Of a stretch of 20,469 nucleotides of DNA, positions 14,579 to 20,469 are shown one piece after another (within the stretch, counting starts at the first letter, position 1; every line of letters begins with the position of its first letter). The translations under genes were made by a program, and so were the position numbers. The stretch is from the IMG/VR virus record IMGVR_UViG_3300005239_002421, one strand, 5' to 3'. A model generated the notes under the pieces. It saw nothing but the letters and a program-made list of their open reading frames with translations. It made no database searches and was not told the origin of the DNA. This stretch comes from an uncultured virus (IMG/VR IMGVR_UViG_3300005239_002421). Lineage: Duplodnaviria > Heunggongvirae > Uroviricota > Caudoviricetes.

Positions 14579-14786
14579 CTCCTTTTGATATTTTTAAAGA
14601 TATATAATTTAACGACTTATTAAGCATACTTTTGTATTTATACTCTGTCAATACATTAACTAAAAAATCTTGAGATATTACATCAATTGGACTTGATTCC
14701 CCTATAAAACAAGATGATTGTTTCATTTCTTGTTCTAATATCATATGTTCTAATATGTCTTTTGGTATATCTATCTCTATTTTCAT
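14568..14786 (-). CDS. Hypothetical protein (72 aa)
   Basis: ATGA overlap with the rmlB stop. Confidence 0.65.
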   Translation of the reverse strand: MKIEIDIPKDILEHMILEQEMKQSSCFIGESSPIDVISQDFLVNVLTEYKYKSMLNKSLNYISLKISKGDEK

Positions 14787-15661
14787 AATATTTCTTTAAT
14801 GAATTCAAATAAGGATTTAGTTATTTTAGGTTTTTGAAAATGTGTTCCTAGGGTATATCTAACATCGTGACCTAATCTATCTTCTACATATTTAAACTGT
14901 GCAGGTTTTTTTAGCAACTCACCTATGTATTCTATAATATCTATGTTTTGCATAGTATCTCCACTACCAATATTAAATGTGCCCAAATCGTGAAGCATTA
15001 ATTCAAATACCTGATTTACATTATCTTCTACCCAAATCCACTCTCTTACCTGCTTACCATCTCCATAAATAGGAATTGGCATACCTTCTTTTAGATAATG
15101 CATTATTTTAGGTATAAACTTCTCTTTATGTTGTTTAATGCCAAAATTATTGCAGGTTCTAGTAATAACATAAGGAATACCATAAGTATGACCACAACTA
15201 TATACAAGCATATCTGCTGATGCTTTAGTAGAAGAATAATAAGAAGAGGGATATAAAATGTTTTCTTCATAAGATGCTTCTACATCTAAATTATCTAAAT
15301 CTCCATAAACTTCATCGGTTGATATTTGAACAAACTTTTTAAGATTTTTATTCTTTCTTGCTAACTCAAGAAGATTAAATGTTCCTTCAACATTAGATTT
15401 TAAAAATGGCTTTCCATCTTTAATAGAACTATCTACAGATGATTCTGCTGCGAAATTTACTAAGTATTCATAATTTCCCAAATCTTCTGCCGTAACATCG
15501 CATATATCCTTTATAAGCAATGGTGTGTCTTTGGGTATATTAGATTGGTTTGCTGCATAAGTTAACTTATCTACAACTAAAACCTCATATCCTTGTTTTA
15601 AACATAAATTTACGAATGATGAACCAATGAATCCACATCCTCCTGTTATGACTATTTTCAT
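14783..15661 (-). CDS. rmlB: dTDP-glucose 4,6-dehydratase
   Basis: TGGCGFIG, DKLTYA, AAESSVD, ISTDEVYG, YSSTK, YGDGKQVREWIWVED, DRLGHDVRY. Confidence 0.92.
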   Translation of the reverse strand: MKIVITGGCGFIGSSFVNLCLKQGYEVLVVDKLTYAANQSNIPKDTPLLIKDICDVTAEDLGNYEYLVNFAAESSVDSSIKDGKPFLKSNVEGTFNLLELARKNKNLKKFVQISTDEVYGDLDNLDVEASYEENILYPSSYYSSTKASADMLVYSCGHTYGIPYVITRTCNNFGIKQHKEKFIPKIMHYLKEGMPIPIYGDGKQVREWIWVEDNVNQVFELMLHDLGTFNIGSGDTMQNIDIIEYIGELLKKPAQFKYVEDRLGHDVRYTLGTHFQKPKITKSLFEFIKEIL

Positions 15662-15667
15662 TTTGTA

Positions 15668-15838
15668 TTATTTTTTCGATTGTGTCTTTAATTTATAAAA
15701 TTCAATAAAATATTTTGCGAAATCTGTAACTACTTCTTTGCCATAAAACATAAAAGTTTTCACTCCTGTATGTTTTGCTTTTTTATATAATTTGACAAAT
15801 TCTTCATAGTTATCATTTGTAAGGTGTGTTTGATTCAT
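15668..15838 (-). CDS. Small hypothetical protein (56 aa), not in ORF track
   Basis: Manual translation gives MNQTHLTNDNYEEFVKLYKKAKHTGVKTFMFYGKEVVTDFAKYFIEFYKLKTQSKK. It fills the rmlD-rmlB gap with 2 and 6 nt spacing. Confidence 0.8.
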   Translation of the reverse strand: MNQTHLTNDNYEEFVKLYKKAKHTGVKTFMFYGKEVVTDFAKYFIEFYKLKTQSKK

Positions 15839-15840
15839 AT

Positions 15841-16512
15841 TTATTTATTTAATAATTTATTCATTTTATCTAAATTCATACTTGTGTCATAAGGAACATA
15901 ACTAGGTTTTTCTATTATTTTTTTGTTTGGAGCAATTTTATATAAATTTTTAGTTCCTGTTCCAACATTAAGAATTCCAATTGCATTTTTTTCAATTAAT
16001 TCTACCAATAAACTAGCTATTTTATCTACTGTATCTCCACTTGTAATAACATCCCATACTTCATCATAAGGAAAAGGGTAGGGCTTGTGAGATAATCTAC
16101 ATATTAAATGATTTGAATTGGTTTGACTTATATATTCATCAGCAAGTAATTTTGTATAAGAATACCAATTTTTTGCCGGTAGCGGCATTTCATCTTCTGA
16201 AGTGACAGGAAGATTATTTGCATAAACATAATCAGTTGAAATATGTATTAATTTTATATTCAGCTTTTCACATATATCGCTAAGTTCACAAGCAAATCTA
16301 TAATTAACTTTATAGTGATTATCTTTGTTTTCAGAATAAGTTTTTGTGTCAGCTATACAATTAATTACTGTTTCATATTGGCTAATTATTTTTGTTAAAT
16401 CATTAATATTTTCAATATCTAATGAATTTAGCTTTCTTGAGTAAATATCCCAATTAGTCTGTTTTTTTAATTCAGAACCTAATAATCCATCTCCTAATAT
16501 TATTTTACTCAT
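15841..16512 (-). CDS. rmlD: dTDP-4-dehydrorhamnose reductase-like SDR (short form)
   Basis: ILGDGLLG, LIHISTDYVY, EDEMPLPAKNWYSYTK (YxxxK). It is shorter than cellular RmlD. Confidence 0.75.
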   Translation of the reverse strand: MSKIILGDGLLGSELKKQTNWDIYSRKLNSLDIENINDLTKIISQYETVINCIADTKTYSENKDNHYKVNYRFACELSDICEKLNIKLIHISTDYVYANNLPVTSEDEMPLPAKNWYSYTKLLADEYISQTNSNHLICRLSHKPYPFPYDEVWDVITSGDTVDKIASLLVELIEKNAIGILNVGTGTKNLYKIAPNKKIIEKPSYVPYDTSMNLDKMNKLLNK

Positions 16513-17174
16513 ATATCCAATTTTAATTGACTTATTAATAAGGGTTCCACTTTAATATCTGCTCTATTTTTAACACCTGTGTACTCGGTTGCTTTAACTT
16601 TTTTTATTTTTAATGCTATTCTCCATATGCTTTTACAGTCTAATACATCAACAACTTCAACTTTTCTCCAATGACATAATCCCCAAATTGCAAATTGAGT
16701 TGTAATTGTTTCTATATTAGGATTGTGCTCTCCATAATAAGAAATCATATGTGCTCTTGTTATTCCATTTAATATATTTACATATGGTTTGGGCATAGTA
16801 ACAAACATATATCCATCTTCAATTAGCATAAAAATATCAGGAAAAAATCTATTTGGAAAACCATATGGGTCTAAGTCAATAATATCATATTTTTTCTTTT
16901 CAGAAATCAAACGATGAAACAAAATATAACTATCTCCGGTTTTTTTATATTTTTTATCATAAGCATCAACTATTCCAAAATTTTGATAATGTTTAGTTAA
17001 ATTTTCCCTACCACAAAACAATTCCAAAATGTTATATTTTTTGTTTTTATCCAAAACACTATAAATTTGATTGATTTTTTGGTCAGGATGATGAACTTCA
17101 TCAGAATTTTCTTTTTGTTTTTTCCTTACTACATCGTGCCTTAATGCTCTGTATGTTTTGTCCATATCTTTCAT
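16509..17174 (-). CDS. SAM-dependent methyltransferase with DLDPYG motif
   Basis: Motif I ILELFCG and motif IV YDIIDLDPYGFP. The start is moved to 17174 because of the ATGA overlap with the upstream stop. Confidence 0.75.
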   Translation of the reverse strand: MKDMDKTYRALRHDVVRKKQKENSDEVHHPDQKINQIYSVLDKNKKYNILELFCGRENLTKHYQNFGIVDAYDKKYKKTGDSYILFHRLISEKKKYDIIDLDPYGFPNRFFPDIFMLIEDGYMFVTMPKPYVNILNGITRAHMISYYGEHNPNIETITTQFAIWGLCHWRKVEVVDVLDCKSIWRIALKIKKVKATEYTGVKNRADIKVEPLLISQLKLDI

Positions 17175-17515
17175 TTTAAAAATACTTGAATACATAATAT
17201 AAAAACTGCTAACACTAAACATATAAGGGTTTTCATACTAATTCCTTCTCCCATATAGTAATAAGTAAGTCCTGCGTATGATAAAATACCTACTGCAAAT
17301 CCGACAAACTTTATTGACCATAACATTCCATCAAAATATTGATATAAATATCTTGTAGCATATATAAAACAATAAGAAATTGATGAGCCAAATAATATTG
17401 ATAATAGGAGAGGGTTTTTTTCAAACCACTTCCAAAGAAATTGCCCATTTGTTTGAAACCAAATAAGTATATTTCCTATAAAAAATAAAGCAAGACCCAA
17501 AAATAATTTGTTCAT
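17171..17515 (-). CDS. 4-TM membrane protein, DMT/SMR-like
   Basis: Four hydrophobic segments, with GEGISMKTLICLVLAV matching the DMT last-helix pattern. Confidence 0.6.
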   Translation of the reverse strand: MNKLFLGLALFFIGNILIWFQTNGQFLWKWFEKNPLLLSILFGSSISYCFIYATRYLYQYFDGMLWSIKFVGFAVGILSYAGLTYYYMGEGISMKTLICLVLAVFILCIQVFLK

Positions 17516-17516
17516 A

Positions 17517-17813
17517 TTAATTTTCCCTTCTTTTTAGAAATTGGTCAACAGAAATAGTATTATTATATAAAAACTTTTTTTTATCCAATATTGATTTATA
17601 TTCTTTTACTAGATTTTTAGATAACTCTTTTATCTCATCATATTTTATATAAATAGGCATAATAACATCTAAAGGTTTTTTCTTTGAAATTCCTTTTCTA
17701 TTTTTTTTAATTGAATTCATTAATGCCTTTTTTCGTTTTTTTTCTGCTTCTATATGTTTTTTATGTAATAAATCAGAATTTGATTTATTTTTTCCTTTTT
17801 CCTTTGTCATCAA
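17517..17813 (-). CDS. Basic hypothetical protein (98 aa)
   Basis: Lys-rich ORF filling the gap between neighbours. Confidence 0.6.
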   Translation of the reverse strand: MMTKEKGKNKSNSDLLHKKHIEAEKKRKKALMNSIKKNRKGISKKKPLDVIMPIYIKYDEIKELSKNLVKEYKSILDKKKFLYNNTISVDQFLKRREN

Positions 17814-18273
17814 TAATATTTGGGTTTTGTTTTATAGTTTGCTTAGTTATCAAATCTTTTAACTTGGTAGTTGACCAATTGTGTGAACGACTTGTATATA
17901 TAACTTTTGGTGGTAAATCATCTCCTGTGAAAGGAACAGGTTTTCCATCATTTCCTATATAATCCTCTCCTAATATTCTTACATCAGGCTTCCAAAATTT
18001 TATTAGATTATATAATTCTTCTTCGTTTTGATATGTATATACTTCATCTATATATTTTATAGACATAAGTGCTTTATATCTATCATAAAGAGGTATAACG
18101 GGCTTATACTTGCTTTTACGGTGTTCTGATGGGTCTTTTTGTAAAAAGACTATAAATCTATCACAATGTCTTTTTGCTTCTTCAAAAGTGATTATATAGC
18201 CGGGATGTAGCAAATCAAAGTTTCCGGCAGTAAATCCTAAAATTTCTTTATTTCTTGAATCCATATTTATCAT
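17785..18273 (-). CDS. Cytidylyltransferase (TagD/glycerol-3-phosphate CT-like, HxGH family)
   Basis: FTAGNFDLLHPGY, LMSIKYIDEV, ILGEDY, RSHNWSTTKLK. Confidence 0.88.
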   Translation of the reverse strand: MINMDSRNKEILGFTAGNFDLLHPGYIITFEEAKRHCDRFIVFLQKDPSEHRKSKYKPVIPLYDRYKALMSIKYIDEVYTYQNEEELYNLIKFWKPDVRILGEDYIGNDGKPVPFTGDDLPPKVIYTSRSHNWSTTKLKDLITKQTIKQNPNIIDDKGKRKK

Positions 18274-19012
18274 ATTTATTAATTATAAAAGGTGTGTAAT
18301 CAGATGTGTAGTTTAATAATATATTATGATTTATATATTTTTCTTCATTTGCTTTAAANNNNNNNNNNNNNNNNNNNNNNNNNNNNNNNNNNNNNNNNNN
18401 NNNNNNNNNNNNNNNNNNNNNNNNNNNNNNNNNNNNNNNNNNNNNNNNNNNNNNNNNNNNNNNNNNNNNNNNNNNNNNNNNNNNNNNNNNNNNNNNNNNN
18501 NNNNNNNNNNNNNNNNNNNNNNNNNNNNNNNNNNNNNNNNNNNNNNNNNNNNNNNNNNNNNNNNNNNNNNNNNNNNNNNNNNNNNNNNNNNNNNNNNNNN
18601 NNNNNNNNNNNNNNNNNNNNNNNNNNNNNNNNNNNNNNNNNNNNNNNNNNNNNNNNNNNNNNNNNNNNNNNNNNNNNNNNNNNNNNNNNNNNNNNNNNNN
18701 NNNNNNNNNNNNNNNNNNNNNNNNNNNNNNNNNNNNNNNNNNNNNNNNNNNNNNNNNNNNNNNNNNNNNNNNNNNNNNNNNNNNNNNNNNNNNNNNNNNN
18801 NNNNNNNNNNNNNNNNNNNNNNNNNNNNNNNNNNNNNNNNNNNNNNNNNNNNNNNNNNNNNNNNNNNNNNNNNNNNNNNNNNNNNNNNNNNNNNNNNNNN
18901 NNNNNNNNNNNNNNNNNNNNNNNNNNNNNNNNNNNNNNNNNNNNNNNNNNNNNNNNNNNNNNNNNNNNNNNNNNNNNNNCTCAAAAATATAAACCCCGGA
19001 CTTATACCTCAC
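18248..19012 (-). CDS. Probable gene mostly hidden by N-gap
   Basis: Only the C-terminus FKANEEKY...KYGFKK is readable. The start is uncertain. Confidence 0.35.
   Translation of the reverse strand: MRYKSGVYIFEXXXXXXXXXXXXXXXXXXXXXXXXXXXXXXXXXXXXXXXXXXXXXXXXXXXXXXXXXXXXXXXXXXXXXXXXXXXXXXXXXXXXXXXXXXXXXXXXXXXXXXXXXXXXXXXXXXXXXXXXXXXXXXXXXXXXXXXXXXXXXXXXXXXXXXXXXXXXXXXXXXXXXXXXXXXXXXXXXXXXXXXXXXXXXXXXXXXXXXXXXXXXXXXFKANEEKYINHNILLNYTSDYTPFIINKYDKYGFKK
18359..18979. other. Assembly gap (N run)
   Basis: 621 Ns. Confidence 0.99.
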
Positions 19013-19068
19013 GGAATATTTAACAATTTATCAAGTTGCTAATTATATAAGTCATCTCTCTTTATATA

Positions 19069-19344
19069 TTAATTTATTTCGCTTCTATCACAAATAAGTG
19101 CATTACCAACTATATAGTCGTGTTCATTTGTAAGTTTTCTAAAATGATATGTAGCGACATCATTAATTGACTTGTTATTTAGCTTTCCTTCTTCATCTAT
19201 TATCATAATATATTTATCTAGGTAAACAAATTCTACCATAGAACAATCAATAATTTTATATAATTCTTGTAATGTAAATGTTTTACCGTTTTCAGGTTTA
19301 ACATCAATAGGTTCAGAAACATTAATTTTAAATAATTTTGCCAT
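19069..19344 (-). CDS. DUF3846-like phage protein
   Basis: TLQELYKII..VEFV..MIIDEEGKLNNKSIN..A..DYIVGNALI. Confidence 0.8.
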   Translation of the reverse strand: MAKLFKINVSEPIDVKPENGKTFTLQELYKIIDCSMVEFVYLDKYIMIIDEEGKLNNKSINDVATYHFRKLTNEHDYIVGNALICDRSEIN

Positions 19345-19390
19345 TTATAAAGTTTTTATGTGTGAAGTTGATTTTGATTTCATATATACA

Positions 19391-19422
19391 CAAATATATA
19401 ATTATTTTTAAAAACATAGCAA
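19391..19422 (-). promoter_or_regulatory. Bacteroidota-type promoter (TTG -33, 21-nt spacer, TATATTTG -7)
   Basis: TATATTTG at 19398-19391 and TTG at 19422-19420, upstream of the DUF3846-like gene. Confidence 0.65.
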
Positions 19423-19491
19423 TATATTTTAGGAAATGTGAATGCCCTAGTGATTTAAGTAAAAAAAAATATATAAAAAAGTAAATTTTAT

Positions 19492-19582
19492 AAATGTAAA
19501 AGGGCTCAGTATTAACCGAGCCCTTTTAGGGAAATCAAAATCCACATTAATTAATAGCGGACAAGGGATTGTCCTTGTGGAG
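19492..19582 (-). ncRNA. Candidate ~90-nt structured small RNA
   Basis: It has its own TATATTTG box (19593-19586), nested stems TCCACA/TGTGGA and GGACAA/TTGTCC, and a terminator. There is no ORF. Confidence 0.45.
19497..19528 (-). terminator. Intrinsic terminator hairpin
   Basis: TAAAAGGGCTCGGT-TAAT-ACTGAGCCCTTTTA. The single mismatch is a G-U pair on the minus strand, and TTTTACATTT follows the GC stem. Confidence 0.75.
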
Positions 19583-19585
19583 ATT

Positions 19586-19593
19586 CAAATATA
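19586..19593 (-). promoter_or_regulatory. Bacteroidota-type -7 box (TATATTTG) upstream of candidate sRNA
   Basis: Exact TAnnTTTG match. Confidence 0.55.
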
Positions 19594-19660
19594 CATATTT
19601 TTATTTATATAAAGAATTATAAAGTTTATATATGAGTAACAATAAAAATTATATAAAAAA

Positions 19661-20041
19661 TTATATATAAGGTTTATATGACTTATGTTCTTTTATATCA
19701 GAATTAGAATTATGATTTATTATATTTTTTATATTCATTCTTTCATCATTTGTTATATAAACACTTCGTGCTAATTCTATAAAAATATCATCGAATTCTT
19801 TATTCCTTTCTTTATCTCTAATATCATCTTCTATTTTCCATAGCTTATAATTTATTTTATATATATCATTATATAATTTTGCTAATTCTTTATTTAAAAA
19901 TTTATTATAAATAATAAGTAATAAATTATATTCTTTATTTATATCAATTAATTTTTTTTTATTTTTTATTTCTATTTTTTTTATAGAAAGTATTGATAGT
20001 TTGTCTATAACTTCTCCAAGTGATACGGGTATGTTTATCAT
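19661..20041 (-). CDS. DUF6165-like protein
   Basis: IPVSLGEVIDKLSILSIK...LWKIEDDIR..E..FIELARSVYITNDER..IK..IN...EHKSY. Confidence 0.82.
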   Translation of the reverse strand: MINIPVSLGEVIDKLSILSIKKIEIKNKKKLIDINKEYNLLLIIYNKFLNKELAKLYNDIYKINYKLWKIEDDIRDKERNKEFDDIFIELARSVYITNDERMNIKNIINHNSNSDIKEHKSYKPYI

Positions 20042-20241
20042 TGTATTATTTTTTTTATATAATTTTTTATATAATTACTAAAGTGTTTTAATAATTCATT
20101 CTCTCTTTTTAATGGTAATTTAAATATATAAAATAGAATTGTATATATAAAAACTACAAACATCAAACCAAACGGAATAAAAAATGCTATTATATAAATA
20201 GCTATTAAAATTTTATCTTTTTTATTTAATTTGGTTTTCAC
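20038..20241 (-). CDS. Small membrane protein (67 aa, GTG start)
   Basis: Hydrophobic ILIAIYIIAFFIPFGLMFVVFIY. ATGA overlap with the next gene. Confidence 0.55.
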   Translation of the reverse strand: MKTKLNKKDKILIAIYIIAFFIPFGLMFVVFIYTILFYIFKLPLKRENELLKHFSNYIKNYIKKIIQ

Positions 20242-20264
20242 TTATATATTTTTATTTATATAAA

Positions 20265-20337
20265 AAATGGGGAGGTTTCAAAAAACTAAAAACATTTAAT
20301 ACTGATTAATTTGGCAATATGCCATTCCTCCCCATTT
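20265..20337. repeat. 11-bp perfect inverted repeat enclosing an inner hairpin (candidate structured RNA/terminator)
   Basis: aaatggggagg (20265-20275) pairs with cctccccattt (20327-20337). The inner hairpin is tggca-ata-tgcca (20312-20324). Confidence 0.7.
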
Positions 20338-20353
20338 ATATTTTATTTATATT

Positions 20354-20469
20354 TTATTTTAAATTGTTTATATAATTATATCTTTTTTTTTCATCTTCAA
20401 TAGAATCCTTTTTTGTATAAATATATAATTCTCCTTCATCAATAAACCAATCCAAAATTTCAGGGTCAT
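20354..20469 (-). CDS. C-terminal fragment of a hypothetical gene entering from outside the window
   Basis: Manual translation gives DPEILDWFIDEGELYIYTKKDSIEDEKKRYNYINNLK-stop. Confidence 0.55.
   Translation of the reverse strand, partial: DPEILDWFIDEGELYIYTKKDSIEDEKKRYNYINNLK

Noticed and set aside
7532..17962. Plus-strand ORFs 7532..7777, 11732..12190, 11782..12138, 13285..13530, 17711..17962
   Set aside because: They are antisense shadows or are open only because of N runs.
14783..18273. Cellular O-antigen/LPS locus interpretation
   Set aside because: No rmlA/rmlC, wzx/wzy or housekeeping genes are visible. The enzymes are shortened and interleaved with phage-type small ORFs.
18326..19042. 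ORFs 18326..19042 and 18331..18984
   Set aside because: They are artefacts of the N-gap.
18980..19056. ATG ACT TAT AAT TAG CAA...CCG TGA GGT suggesting stop-codon recoding
   Set aside because: Known genes translate to full length in code 11 and TGA serves as a stop in ATGA overlaps. This stretch abuts a gap and is probably low quality.
19429..19450. Weak TAGG...CCTA hairpin
   Set aside because: It has only about four solid pairs, which is expected by chance.
19345..20353. tRNA genes in intergenic gaps
   Set aside because: No cloverleaf or GTTCRA T-loop was found by eye.

Overview
AT-rich, densely packed window, almost entirely on the minus strand, with four N-gaps (6438-7173, 11799-12114, 13422-13457, 18359-18979). 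It most likely comes from a large phage of Bacteroidota: intergenic TAnnTTTG promoter boxes, no obvious Shine-Dalgarno sites, TAATG/ATGA overlaps, and DUF3846-, DUF6165- and DUF6171-like genes. The left half (9683->1) looks like one operon. In order it holds a GPSHxxGGI/EVEGGE protein, a MoxR-type AAA+ ATPase with large insertions, a KOW-like plus acidic-linker segment, a small Cys-rich protein, a vWA protein without the usual peptidase domain, a catalytically degenerate gamma-class N6-MTase-like protein, three small ORFs, and a >=780-aa ORF missing from the ORF track that carries DarB-like helicase-linker motifs. The right half holds a GT2-like glycosyltransferase, an SSB-like OB-fold protein, a putative replication pair, an XRE-HTH regulator, rmlB, rmlD, a DLDPYG methyltransferase, a DMT-like membrane protein and a cytidylyltransferase. 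Two candidate structured small RNAs lie in intergenic gaps near 19.5 and 20.3 kb. Several single-base homopolymer deletions appear to be assembly errors. All family calls come from motif recognition by eye; no database searches were run.
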